A stretch of 64,000 nucleotides of DNA from Octopus vulgaris. Taxonomy: Eukaryota. Shown one piece after another: positions 38,017-52,000 of this stretch; the stretch's first letter is position 1, and the number at the start of each line of letters is the position of its first letter. The DNA is taken from positions 53,816,001-53,880,000 of the forward strand of contig OX597822.1 of assembly GCA_951406725.2 (NCBI GenBank), in the 5' to 3' direction. The notes beneath the pieces are model-generated. The model ran no database searches and had not been told where the DNA came from. It saw only the letters and a list, made by a program, of their open reading frames with translations. The position numbers were made by a program, and so were the translations under genes.

Positions 38017-40149
38017 TTGGAACAAGTTAGGCTCTTCATCCTCAACAATATTAATTTCAAATTTTGGCACAAGACCAGCAATTCTGAGGAAAGAATAAGT
38101 CAATTACACTGACCCCCAGTGCTCAACTGGTACTTATTTGATCAAACCTGAAAGGATGAAAAGATGAAAGGAAAAGTTGACGTTGGTGGAATTTGAACTC
38201 AGAACATAAGGATGGAAGAAATGCCACTAAACATTTTACCCAGCATGCTAATGATTCTTCCAGCTCACTGTCTTTATCCTCGACGATATTAATGAACATA
38301 CAATGTATCCAGATTATGTAGAAAAGATGATAATGCTAACTACTATAAGGTGCTCCCAAAATGTGAATGGCCACTGTATGGATAAGTTTAGATTGATAAG
38401 TTAAACTTACCATCAATCTCCCTTTTTCAAACTTGTGCCTGTGCAAAAAGATGACATTACTATTTCAAATTAGTCTTCAAAAATGAGCAAAAGATATATT
38501 CTCCATTAATATTCATTGCATATGGATGTAGACAGTTACATACAGAAATGCCAGTCATTTAAAGTGGATGGAACTTCTGGAAAAGGGAGACCCAGGAAGA
38601 CATGGAATGAAGTACTGAAGACAGATCTCAAAACATTGAACCTTACGAAGGAGATTACAAAAGACTAAGATATCTGGCATCTTTTTTTATGCAAGAAGAC
38701 CCATCTGCCACAGCAGACTTGATACTGATGCTGGTGCCACATACAAAAACACTGGTGCTTGTGCCACATAAAAAGCACTCATGCTGGTACCATGTTTTTA
38801 ATTAATCAAGCATTATCTTGTAGCTTAGAGATTTCAATGATGTGATTTAGAATAATGTTGTAGTGTAGGTGTGAGAAACCAGATCTGGTCAATTTGAGCA
38901 TAAAATAGAAAGAATATTTGGGCTGGATACACTAGCATAGCTAGAGTGGGTACCATCTGGGGTGGCCCTTCCATTTGCTTTCCCCGGGCCCCACCAAAAA
39001 CTTATATTGCCTACTGCAGACCCAAAAGTGGTGCCCCTTTAAAAGTGCCACCTGGGGCAGCCCCACCACCACCATCTATACTAGTGGCTGGATGTGGTCA
39101 GTTTAAATGCTAACAGCTTAAACTTATTTAAAAAAATCATATTTGTCTTCAACATTTTTGATGAGGTTTTCGAACACTTCAGTAGCAAGCAGTTTCAAAT
39201 CTGAATGCATATGAACCTTTCACCTTGGGCAAGTGATATCCCATTATTGCTAGAAAGAACAGCCAACTCTTTCAGGAATTCTCTCTTCCTTTACCATCTG
39301 AAATAGAAAGGAAGGATACACTTGATAATGTAATACTAGCTATACCAGTTTGAAGAAAAGATGAGATAGTTATGGCTGGAGCACATCTGATTATAAATGT
39401 TTTGGATCAGGGATGTCATGGGCTATGCAACAACAACACCAGCAACAACAACACCAGCAACAACAACAGTGATGATTTAGTGGATATTGAGTTTTGTTTT
39501 AATAAACCACCTTTGATTTTTTTTTTTTTTTTGTTAAAATTCTGGTGATGAGGATTAACTCTAGATTCCATCCCCGCCCATATAGTTCATGAATTTAGAG
39601 GGTTTAGATTTGAGATACTATCCTTTTATTTCCCATTATAGATGGGCAGATTTGCTATCTTACTATAACAGGCTTTATGTCTATCTGTCCGTCCATCTGT
39701 ACAGCTGGCTGAACCAATGGTTATGATACTTTTCGGGATTACTAAGACGGCTGACAGGAAAGTTTTTAGCATTAAAAAATCAGAAAATATTATTATTTCG
39801 TGGATATCGATTTTTGATACCTTCACATTTTTATTAAAAATTCACAGACCATAATTAACTCTTGATTATCATCATATAGTTCACAACCCCATCATAGATA
39901 TGAAGGGGGTCATGAGGATGGTTAATAGCGAAAATGAAATGGAAAAAGTATGTGTCAGTATATAGTGTGTGTGATTATGTAGTAGTTATTGAAGTGTGTT
40001 AGTCTCAAGCAGGATTCCAAATAGTTAATTGAAGTGACTGTTGTTTACATCTCAGTTTTGTCAATCAGAATAACCCATGGTCCCAGAACATCCAGATATT
40101 ATTCACATAGAACAGTGTGAGGTAAGTTTTAGTTTGATTTATTGCAACC

Positions 40150-40345
40150 CTAAAGATTCCGCTCATGCATTCACAGCAAACAAGGCACAGGGCCAGACTT
40201 TAGATCGTGTAAGGGTATTTTTATCCACTCTGATGTTTACACATGGCCAGTTATACATCGCTATGAGAGTAGAGCAACAGACTCCAGTAATTTGAAAATT
40301 AGTGTCATCCAAACAGAAAATATCATCTACAAAGAAGTTTTGTAA
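40150..40345 (+). mobile_element. Helitron PIF1-like helicase C-terminal fragment
   Basis: AFTANKAQGQTLDRVRVFLSTLMFTHGQLYIAM corresponds to helicase motifs V/VI. Confidence 0.8.
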
Positions 40346-40942
40346 TCATTTTGATATTATAAAACGGAATATGATTCATAATTTAAATAAGGAAATTTTT
40401 TAACTTTGAATGTATAAGAGTAAACATGTGTAAAATAATGTAAACAACTAAAATAAAAGTTTATCTAAATAACATTTTTTCTTAATATTTCTTATGTAGT
40501 GGTCGAAGGAAGCTCTGGCTTTCATTAGGAATGGTCCATATATCCATTCATGATACAGAGGCTGGGAGCCTATTTCAGTTTGGGAGTGAATCATCATCAC
40601 ATGTCACTTTGTCGCAAACACATGTCTTATAGCTGCAATAGAATGCTGTATCACCAAAAATAATGTGATTTCTCTAAGACATCACCCAGTAATCTATCAA
40701 GTCCACTTACACATTTCTCATTACATACTGCTGTTATGACTTTCCTCCCTCATTTTATGCCTCCATCGTAGATGGGTAGATTTTCTAGTACCTATAATGG
40801 TGATACTTTAAAAAAAAACAAAACAAAAAATTTTTTTAAATTTATCTGCATGCAGGGTATGCATCACCCTCCCGATACCTTCTTTTTTCATTGTTAATTT
40901 TATTGATAATTTATTTGAATTGACTATATATATATATATATA

Positions 40943-42051
40943 CTAGCAGAAAGACCGCTCTCCAGGCGGTTTTCTGCTAGCCCCTTGATAATATTTTCAC
41001 ATTTGATTCCCAATTCTAATAATTTTTATATTCTACATCTAATTATTTCTTTGTATATTAGTGCTCACTTGCTTAGTTAATACGGCATTCATTATTTTAT
41101 CAGTCATAATTTCTCTTTTTTAAACAAACATCATGGTAGTCCAACAACAGAGGGTTAGGGTGTCATTACACGTCCACACAGCATACATTTAAAATGTTTT
41201 GTATGTAACACCTGTATTTAAATAGTACCATTAAGGGACCTCTGTATTTAAGTATTACCAATTTCATTTCAACATTATAATTTCATCTGTATCAAAATAT
41301 TTTCGCCGCTTTGAAACCGCAACCTGTTCACTGACAAAATTTCACAAAAGTGATGCAGCATAAAGCTCGGTCAGAGAGCGTGCATGCGCACACACACATT
41401 CATTGCCTTTCATTTGTGTTTATCTGTATCTATGTATGCGCGCAAGTGTGTACTGGAGTATGTGTTTGTCACTGCTAAAGTCGCTCATGCAACTTGTTTC
41501 TGTATATATTGGCTAAGTGGTATAAAATGTTTAGAAACTGTGAATAAGGTGCAATTTTAAAGTACTTGTTGGTAACTTTTTTTTCCTCCTCGTCTTCTAA
41601 TAGTAATTACCCAACTATCTAGGCTCTCCTCACAGCCATCCCGCATTCAAAAATTATATGGGTATTTAAAAAAAATTTTCATTCTGAAAATAATATTTTC
41701 ACATTATGTATACATTAATAGAATAAACTATTGGGTTTCCAAATAGCGAATTAAAGCTTAAAAGAGAAAGTGAGAGACTTTGCAAATGAAAATGGAATAC
41801 TCCGCAGTGAATGCAATGAATATTTAAATCTGTAAATAATTGGACACAGTGAATGCAATGGATATTTAAATTTGTGAGAAACTGGAGTTAAAAAATTTCA
41901 ATAAATTTGAGAAACTGAAATTATAGGAAATTTCTTAGAACATAAGTTTGTAAAAATATTTCCAGACGGTCAACCCTTTAATAATTGCTTTCTTTTAGTA
42001 CTTTTAATAATTGTTACATACCTAAATAATAAGCAGCTTTCTCCATTATAG

Positions 42052-42057
<6 letters not shown>
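40943..42057 (-). mobile_element. Non-autonomous Helitron-like element
   Basis: Terminal CTAG plus GC hairpin (accgc...gcggt) at 40943-40980. Both ends lie in (TA)n tracts; the 5' end resembles tactataat. Confidence 0.5.
41290..41336 (-). ncRNA. Minimal hammerhead-like motif with G3-C8 core variant
   Basis: Minus strand: tgtca GTGAACA g GTTGC ggtttcaaa GCGGC GAAA ATAT TT tgata. Stems I and II pair; stem III palindrome AATATT. Confidence 0.5.
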
Positions 42058-42088
<31 letters not shown>

Positions 42089-42214
42089 ATAGAAATGGCA
42101 AGACAACATATGAATGAAAGAGACCTCGATATTATGTAAATAGAGGAATTTATCTGTAAATATAATATGTGACCATTATCATGGTTACTAAACAATTGTC
42201 ACATATTATATTTA

Positions 42215-44080
42215 CTTACTTGCACTTGTGGTGACATTCACCTTGGGCGGGTTGAGTCGGCTTCTTCTACCACCCTCGAGGCATCTCGAACCATGGCAGC
42301 CCACGCACGACGGTCCTGCGCCAGTTCACTGGAGATAGCGAGCCAGTCACGGTTCCATCGGCACAGGCCAACCACCTGTGGACCCATGAGCACGGAGAGG
42401 TCCTCCTTGTTCGTCGTAACCCAGGTCTTCAGCTGCCTGCCTGCGCGTTTCCGCCAGTTGGGAAGTGGAGTTGGGAGAAGGACATCACAGCTCAGTTCAC
42501 CCACTGGACGCCTACATGCATGGCCAAACCACCTTAAGCACCATTGCAGAAGGACAGATGGAAGGGGCCGCAGAGACAGGCGAAGTCGGAGATTGGCGGT
42601 GGGAACTCGATCCACCCAATGGCAGTGAAGAATGCACCGGAGGCAGTCATTGTTGAAGACTTCCAGCCTTCGTTGATCGACCACCCGCATAGGCCACGTT
42701 TCACAGCTATAGAGAAGTACTGTACTAACGACGGCCTGATATATTCGCCCTTTGGTCACTGATGAGATCTCCCTTCCGTCCCACAGACACTGCTTTAGGC
42801 GTTCAAAGGCAGATCGAGCAGCATTGATGCGATAATCAACCTCAGCTGCACCCTGACCATTTGGGATCACCGTTGAGCCCAAGTAGATGAAAGACTCCAC
42901 ATCCTCCAGGTCCTCACCCGCAAGAGATATTGGCTGCCAGATGTCAGTCGGAACCAACGACCTCATCACAGACCCTGACGCGTGCTCGAGTCGATCGGTA
43001 GTAGCCTTGTATGAGGTGGAGCACCTTTTCTGGGATACCGTCCGCCTGCATTATACACCACAGAGCCTCCCAATCTACTGAATCAAAGGCAGCAGCGAAC
43101 GCGATGAAGCATAGAACAGTAGGCTGCTGGTACGCCCACCATTGCTCCAGAACACGCCGGAGGTTGAAGATTTGATCGACACACCCTCTTCCCGGACGGA
43201 AGCCACCCTGAGAAGGCCGGGTACGGACATCACGGACGGTCTGGAACCTCTTCAGCAGAAGAATTGTGAAGGATTTGGCAGCAACATCGATAAGGCTGAT
43301 GCCCCTATAGTTTGAGCACAGCTTTTTGTCACCTGTTTTGAAGAACAGCAGGAGGGTTGCATCACTCCAGTCCTCAGGGAAACGCTCCGTCGCGCACACC
43401 ATGGAGAAAACTCGATGGAGTCAGGATGCGAAGACATCTGGCTCAGCTTTGTACACCTTTGCTAGAATACCATCTTCGCCTGGCGCTTTGTTGTTCCGGA
43501 GACGGGTCAGGACACTGCGTACCTCCTCAACCGTTGGAGGGGCAGTGCTGCAACCATAGTCGTCCCTAGTTGGCTGCACGAAGGTTTGTGAAGATGGTGG
43601 CGGATGGTTGAGCAGCTTGGAGCAGTGGTCCTGCCATCAATCCAGCCGGTCACTAAGATTCATAATGACCGCGCCAGTCCGATCTCGGATCATCTCACTG
43701 ATACCCATATTGCCTCGGCTAGCCTGTTTCACCAGCTGGTAGAGTTTGCACGAATCACCACAGGCTGCTGCCCCTTCCGTCCGCTCTGTGAATGCATGCC
43801 AGTGTGCATTCCGATCGGCCCGGATGGCCCTCAAGGCGCGTTGTCGCAGATCTCGAAAATTTGGTGCACCCTCCAGTCGAGCCACTCTCGCCCTCTTAGC
43901 GAGTTCAAGAGTGTCACCGGAGATCCAGTCCTGATGGCACCATCTGGTGGACCCAAGATGCTTCCCGGCCACCTCAGTCATCACCTTCTAGAGTGCGCTC
44001 CATTCCTGCTCCGGTTGTTGAACCAACTCATCGCCAAGCGCTAGGAATCGGTTTCTGAGCTCAAGCCAAAAATGGTTCCT
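42215..44080 (-). mobile_element. GC-rich RTE-clade LINE, 5'-truncated, with internal RT deletion
   Basis: NYRGISLID, GFRPGRGCVDQIF, AAFDSVD, FIYLGS, LLYSCETW, LRWFGH, LAQDR motifs; caagtaagta tail. Confidence 0.9.
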
Positions 44081-44717
44081 AGATATATATATATATACAA
44101 TGGGTTTCTTTCAGTTTCTGTCTACTAAATCCACTCACAAGGCTTTGGTCAGCCTGAGGTTATGGTAAAAGACATTTGCCCAATGTACAATAAAGTGGGA
44201 CTGAACCTGGAGCCATGTAGTTAGGAAGCAAGCATCTTACTACACAACCAGATAATATTTGCTCATAGCCAGACATTTTTTTTGCAGAATATTGGAAATG
44301 CATGTCATAGTTTGTATAACAGTCACACTTGCTTAAACATATTATATGATGGAAAGACAAGCACACGCACATGCATATACACATATATACACACACACAT
44401 ACACATGCTCATATACTGCATGTTTATATAGCTTGTTCGCTTTGCAGCAATGTGGTTTTGGGTTCAATACTATTGCGCAGCACCTTGAGCCAGTGTCTTC
44501 CATAATAGCTCTCCCACCAACCAATGTCCTGTGAGTGAATTTGGTAGACAGAAACTGTGCATGTGCACGTGTGTGTGTGTCTGTCTGTCTGTCCACTACC
44601 ACTTGGCAGTCAGTGTCGATTTGTTTATGTCCCTACAACCAAACAGTTCAGCAAAAAAGACCAATTGGATAAATACCAGAATTAAAAAAATAAGTATTGA
44701 GGTTGGTTTGGTCAACT

Positions 44718-44796
<79 letters not shown>

Positions 44797-44963
44797 ATGC
44801 GTGTGTGTATCTATACACACACACACACACACATATATATACTAAAAATTAATTTAAACAGCTAGCCGCAATATAAACCCATATAGAAAAAAAATTGTTG
44901 CCTAATTGTGACTGTGGGTACTAAAAGCACAGTCATTGTTTGAAATAAGAGCCTAATAGCTTA

Positions 44964-45301
44964 TCTCTCTATATATAAATGGCAGTTTGTCTGTGTGTGT
45001 TTCTGTGTGTCTGTTAGGTTGTACCCTCACCCTGACACACACATAGCCCAATGTCATAATTCAAAACTAAAGCAGCGAAAATTTTGAAAAGTTCCCCCAG
45101 TTCTGAAAAAAATCGATAAATTCGACATGGGGTCGAGAATCAGAAACACAAACCACAGACTGTCTAGGGGACGCAACTCGACCTTTTTAACTAAAAAAAA
45201 ATTTACCATCATTTTTTTTCCATTTTTTGGCTATAACTCTCTAAAAATGCTTTATAGTTATTTCCCTTACAAACCCGAGCAACGCCGGGTGATACTGCTA
45301 G
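44964..45301 (+). mobile_element. Non-autonomous Helitron
   Basis: A|TC 5' end, subterminal hairpin cccg...cggg, CTAG|T 3' end. The 3' part is shared with 57440-57836. Confidence 0.75.
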
Positions 45302-45982
45302 TAGCTGTATAAAAAGAACATTTATATACACTGACAGGGTAGATAACGGCCCCAAGAGCAAAGCTAGAACACTGAGCTACGGTTTTGTCCTGTAATTGGA
45401 ACTTGTCAACAGTGTGACTCTATTGCTTTAGTGGAACAGATAAATTCCTCCATCAGAATCTTTTTATCCTTTCATCTCCTTACTTATTTTAGTCTTAGAC
45501 TGTGGTCATGCTGGAGCACCACCTTGAATTTTTAATCGAATGAATCAATCCCAGTACTTTATTTTTTAAGCCTAGTATTTATTCTGTTGGTCTCTTTTGC
45601 CAAACCACTTAGTTACAGGGATGCAAACACACCAGCACTGGTTGTCAAGCGGTGGTGAGGGTACAAACACAGACACACATACAAGTATATATTCATGTAT
45701 ATAAACAATGGGCTTCTTTCAGTTTCCGTCTGCCAAATCCACTCACAAGGCTTTGGGTAGCCTGTGACTATATTAGAAGTGCCATGCAGTGGGACTGAAC
45801 CCAAATATGTGATTGGGAAGAAAGCTTCTTACCACAAAGCCATGCCATATATTCGCCATATAGATTATGAGTTGATCTGAGATTAACCTTTTTGTTACCA
45901 TATTTTTGTTGAAATATATCAGCATGTGTGTGCATGTGTGTGTATATGTGCATGTGTTTGCCTTACCATCGTATATGTTTAA

Positions 45983-46269
45983 CCCTTTCAATACCAACAC
46001 GGCTGAAACCACCTCTGGCTCTGTAGTACAAATGTCTTGTTTTCATAAGTCCTGAATTAAAATCTTCCACCAAACCTTAGTCACAATTTGCTTCAATTAA
46101 TAATTAAGATAATTAAGAATTTAGTTAAATAACTTTGATTATAATTAAGCTGATGCTTGGAAACATGAACTAACATGTAATTTTGATGGAAGGTTTTTTA
46201 CTTAGAATACTTTCACCAAAAATTTGTCACAGATCCCGGGCTGGTTTCAGGCAGATTGATATCCAAGGG
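45983..46269. mobile_element. piggyBac-type MITE
   Basis: TTAA|CCCTTTCAATACCAA ... TTGATATCCAAGGG|TTAA. Related degenerate sequence at about 10935-11185. Confidence 0.7.
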
Positions 46270-46772
46270 TTAAACAAATACAACAACCTTTGGCTAGCTA
46301 ATATATAAGACTATTCAACTCTCAACACTAGAGTTAAGAGAATGTCTATATAAGATAAGATTCCCACTCCTCTTTCTATTTTTGGTACTGTGACCTCAAT
46401 AAGACAAGCCTTCATTTATGCAATTTACTACCCAAATATGCATTACTACTATAACTAGAGGTCCAAAGGACAACCTGCAGAATTGAAGAGGGTAGGTGGG
46501 GAGTATTATAGTGTATTCTGGGATATATCAAAACCAAAGTAACCACTGAACAAAATATTTTATTAGGAAGTCTTTTATCTTTTATCTTTTATCTGTTTCA
46601 GTCGTTAGACTGCGATCATGCTGGAGCATTGCCTTGAAGTACTTATTGTCTTTTAAGCCCGGTACTTATACTATCAGTCTCTTATTGGTGAACTGCTAAG
46701 TTACAGAGATGTAAACAAACCAACAATGGTTGTCAAGTGGCCATGGGGGACAAATACAGCCACAAGGACACA

Positions 46773-46968
46773 CATCATCATCATCATCATCATCATCATC
46801 GTTTAGCGTCCGTTTTCCATGCTAGCATGGGTTGGACGGTTCTACTGGGGTCTGTGAAGCCAGAAGGCTTCATCAGGCCCAGTCAAATCTGGCAGTGTTT
46901 CTATGGCTGGATGCCCTTCCTAACGCCAACCACTCCGTGAGTGTAGTGGGTGCTTTTTACGTGCCACC
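46773..46968 (-). mobile_element. Short repeat family C: RTE-type 3' tail ending in (ATG)n
   Basis: (cat)n cgtttaacgtcc...ccatgctagcatggg...gctggatgcccttcctaa.gccaaccactcc. Many copies, e.g. 21090, 22350, 33065, 49035, 53098, 58778, 60430, 60950 and 61545. Confidence 0.75.
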
Positions 46969-46988
46969 CACACACATGCAAATATATG

Positions 46989-48848
46989 CAATGGTACCTT
47001 GACTTATGAGTGTCCCAACTGACAAGTTTTTTGAGATATGAGCTATCTCGGTCAATCTTTTGCTTTGTGTTGTGAGCTGAAATTCAGGTCACGAGCCAAC
47101 TTCAGCTACCCCGCTGCTAGTTGGTATAGTGAATACCACTGTGAATGTCGTACCATCTGCCCAGTATCCTGTGTCTCACTCAATAGCTAGAGAGACATGC
47201 ACATAAGCAAGTGCGAAGACCATTATAATATTGATAGCAAGAGAGGCATGTGCTTTAGCAAGTGCGAAGATCATTAGTAGATCATTAGCTAGAGGGGTGG
47301 TAAAATGCTTAGTTAGTCATTGCTGGCTACAGAAGCATCAGTGTTGTGTTCATAATTGTACTTGCAGTTATTTTGCAAAACTTCGGTTTCCAATCATGGC
47401 TCTGAAGAAAGTGAGTGTGATGGACAGTGCTGAGAAGAAGAAGCGGATGATGTGCATTGATGAAGACATACGTGTAGTTGACTTAGCGAAGCAGTACGAG
47501 CATAGCACTTCTACGATCTGCACTATACTGAAGCAGAAGGAGTCGATAAAGGCCTATAACATCAGCCAAAATAATTTCTAAACAGCCAACATCTATCCAT
47601 GAAAATATGGAGAAGCTGCAGATAATGTGATTGATGGAGAAGCAGCTCACAAAAGATACTGTGATGGAGACTATAATCTGTGAGAAAACATGAGCTATTT
47701 ATGCTGATTTGTTGCAGAAGACCCCAGGCACTTGTACAGATGAGGCATTTGGCGAGCTGTTTAAAGCCAGTTGGGGCCAGTTTGAGTATTTTAAATAAAA
47801 GGGCCAGCATTCACTCCCTTGTCAGGCATGGTGAGGCAGCAAGCATGGATATGAAGGCAGCAGGGGATTACCTCAGAAGTTTTGCCAGAATTATAGCAGC
47901 CAAAGGATACGTCCCCCAGTAAGTCTTCAACTGTGATGACACAGGACTTTTTTGGAAGAAGATGCCAAAGAGGACTTATATAATGGCAGAGGAGAAGAGG
48001 ATGTCAGGCCACAAACCCATGAAGAATAGGCTAAGCCTCACACTGTGTGCCAATGTGAGCAGCAACTGCAAGATTTATCATTCGTTTATCATTCAGAAAA
48101 CTCCAGAGTCTTTAAGTCACAAGATTCTGAAAGAAAATCTACAGGTTATGTGGAGAGCAAACCTGAGGGCATGGGTCATCAGGCAATTCTTTGTAGTGGG
48201 TGAATTTGGTCTTTGCTTCTGACATTAAGAAATATCTCTAGGAAAATAGCCTACCCCTGCAAGCCCTTCTCATCCGAGACAATGCACCTGCTCACCCTCC
48301 TAACCTCGAAGATGACATCCTTAAAGAGTTCAGGTTTATAAAGGTTCTCTTTCTTCCACCCAACACCACCCCTATCCTGTAGCCCATGGACCAGTAGGTG
48401 ATTTCTAATTTCAAGAAGTTTTTCACCAAGCACTTGTTCCGCCGCTGCCTTGAGGTGACGGAGAGTACAAATCTCACCCTTTGATATTATCAATATGGCC
48501 TGGCAGGGTGTTACAAAGAGGACCTTGACTTCTGCATGAAAGAAGCTGTGGCCTGAGGTTGTGTCTGAAATGGACTTTGAAAGACTCGAACCCAAAGTGG
48601 CAGTGGTGGAAGAAATTGTATTTCTTGTCAAGTCCATGGGCCTGAACATGGATGAAGGTGACATTAATAAGCTTATCGAGGAACACTCTGAGGAACTGAC
48701 AATGGAAGAGCTAAAGGAGCAACAGATGCAGCCGCACACAGAGGTTTTGCAGGAAATAGGTGGTGTGGAGGAGGTTGTCTCTGCAAGTGCAATAAAGGAA
48801 ATGTTGGGAATGTGGGAGAAACTTTCAGACTTTATTCAAAAGAAACAC
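46989..48848 (+). mobile_element. Tigger/pogo-family DNA transposon, decayed and 3'-truncated
   Basis: Left TIR ca.tggtacct.gactta.gag. Transposase motifs FKASWG, VRHGEAAS, VFNCDDTGLFWKKMPKRTYI, DNAPAHP and FLPPNTTPIL.PMDQ. Confidence 0.9.
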
Positions 48849-48991
48849 TATATATATATATATATACAAGTCCCACATTAGAGTCCTCACTCATATCACT
48901 ATCAAACCAAGAGTTTAACTATGGTCTGTTCATAGTACTTACTTAGCATTACCTGCCACTTTTTGGGTCTTCTAGATACCAATACCTCTCA

Positions 48992-49033
<42 letters not shown>

Positions 49034-52000
49034 CCGTGCCGCTGGCACGTTAAAAGCTCGAACCGATCGTGACCGATGCCGCCCCCCCCCCCTGGCACCT
49101 GTGCAGGTGACACGTAAAAAGCACCCACTACACTCGCGGAGTGGTTGGCATTAGGAAGGGCATCCAGCCGTAGAAACTCTGCCAGATCAGACTGGAGCCT
49201 GGAGCAGCCCCTGGCTTCCCAGACCCCGGTCGAACCGGCCAACCCATGCTAGCACGGAAAACGGACGTTAAACGATGATGATGATGATGATGATGATACA
49301 TTTTTATACATAACATACATACTTACATATATGTAATAGAATCTCCCATTGAAGATGAGACAACACATGAATGACCTATGCCAAATATTTGTATATAGAG
49401 ATCAAATATATGTGCTGTACATTGGCTCACCTTCTCCATCAAATCAGTGTTGCTGGAAAAGATTCACAGTGTACCACACCACATGTAAGGTGCCAAAGTG
49501 ATCATAGAGCAATGGGAGATGCAGTGTTTTGCTCAAGAATACAACACACCACTGGGTCTAGGAACTGAAACCACAATCTTGTGATCATAAGTGCAACACT
49601 AATCCTGAGACCATATACCCTCATGCACACACTCACACACGTGTGTGTGTGTGGGTGTGGGTGTATTGTTGGTTATACGATATCAAATTACTTAAGATAA
49701 TATGTGTATACGATTTGTGCTGAAACTCTAGTTTTGAATGCAGGAATGTGGTAGCTGCCTAAACGAAGATTTGCTATAGGCAATATATTGATTAAGCTGG
49801 TAGATGTGTAACAGAACAAAGGGAAGACAGGCAAACAACAGGTGTTTGGTTAGATTATGACATGTTTATACAATACATAGAGAAAAACAAGAGCCTAAAG
49901 GAATACAAATTACAGGAGGTCAGTAAAAGTTCCACTGTGGAAAGTTCTTAATTGTTGTGATGTAAACTATTAGACTGCAGGCAGAACCGGTGTTGGGGAG
50001 TGTGGGACCCAATTAGAGAATTGTCAGTAGGGCCCTCTACTCTACAAAAGCTGAAGATTGATGTTTATGCTTTGTGTTGTATGCCAGTCCCAACCTAAAG
50101 TTTGAGGCTCCACCATTAGCCACAATAGTATACTAAAAATTCATCATACTATCCTCTGCTTGAGTGTGTGCACAGGGCCCTCTCTTGGTGTGGGACTCAA
50201 TTTAAACAAATTTAATTGGCTTAAAACAGGCCCTGACTGTAGGAAGAGGTAGAAGGGAAATCTGTAGTATTCAGATGACATAGTTTGATGGGTTGTAACT
50301 GAAAGAGAAGTAAAAAACTCATTATCCCTCAAAAGATGATCTAAGTTACCACAAATATGTCGGATGCTGGCAACATGTAGAAGACTGCACCAATTATGCA
50401 ACTGTTCTTGAAACAGCTGGGTCAATCTGAACAGGTTTTTTTTTCTTGTTTTGACATCATACATGCTTTGTTGTTCAGTTTCAAGCTTCTGAGAAAATCA
50501 TGTTTGGGCATGAAGAAATATTGATTTCAAATTGAGGTACAGGGCCAGCAATTTCAGGGAAGAGGGTAAGTTAATTACACTGACCCCAGTGTTCAACTGG
50601 TACTTATTTTATTGACCCCCCCCCCCTCCCACAAAGAAAAATTATGAAAGGCAAAGTCAACCTTGGTGGCACTTGAATTCAGAACTTAAGGTTGGAAGAA
50701 ATGCCACAAAGCATTTTAATTGATGCAGTAATGATTCTTATTTCTTTATTGCCCACAAGGGGCTGAACATAGAGGGGACAAACAAGGACAGACAAACGGA
50801 GTAAGTCGATTATATCAACCCCAGTGCATAACTGGTACTTATTTAATCGACCTCGAAAGAATGAAAGGCAAAGTCGACCTCGGCGGAATTTGAACTCAGA
50901 ACGTAACGGCAGACAAAATACTACTAAGCATTTTGCCCGGCGTGTTAACGTTTCCGCCAGCTCGCCGCCTTATGATGCAGTAATGATTCTGCCAGCTCAC
51001 CACCCTGACATGGGGAAATATTACCTTGCATGGGAAACAGGTGAAAAATGGCAACAGAAAGGGCATCATGCTGTAGAAAATCTGCCGCCGTGAATTCTAT
51101 TCGAACTATGCGAGCATAGAAAAGTGGAAGTTAAAACAATGATGATGATGATGATGATGACAACATATGAAAGCACATGGCTACGTAATTAGGGTCTAGG
51201 CCCCATGATTATAAATTTGTGAGTTCAATACTTGGAAGAGGAAGCACATTATGTCCTTGAGCAAGATGCCTGCTCTCATGTTTGTTTTTTTTCTTCTTGT
51301 TTCGATATCATACATGCTTTGTTGTTCATTTTCAATCTTCTAAGAAAATCATGTCTGGGCATGAAGAAATATCGATTTCAAATTGAGGCACAACTGAAAA
51401 TGAGTACCAGCCAATTGCTAATTCCTGATGCAGCTCTCTCTCTCTCACTTGTTCTCCCCCCTCTCTCTCTCTCTCTCTTTGCTCCATTGGACAAATGTGA
51501 GGAGAGAGGGTTTCAATGTCTACTTGAAGCTACTCCTAAAACAACAAGCAAAAGTTCGATACAAACTATAAGGTCATACTTACTGGCAAGTGACAACTAG
51601 GATATTAATTTCTGCACAATGAATACAAACTCTAACATATTAACTAAATTCAGTTTTCCATGTTGGCAAATCTGAAATATTTATGTGACATTATTTATGT
51701 GACATTATGATATTTATGTGACATTAAATTTAAATGTTAATGATATTTATTTCATGCAGTTTTCGTTCTTACGAGAACTGAAATGTTACTATAGAAAATT
51801 GAATATGAAGTTTAATTCCATTTTTTTTGCTTTATTTTTTTTGTTTCTTTTTGAAGTTATCTAACTGCTATTTCTTGCACTCTGCATATGCCTTTCCATG
51901 TTTCACTAAAAACTTATAACCAAGAGTGTTGGAAGAAGAGAACTCTAAAGATTGGTGAACCACTAAAAGTTTAGCAAATAAGTGTATTAGGGCCAATTTA

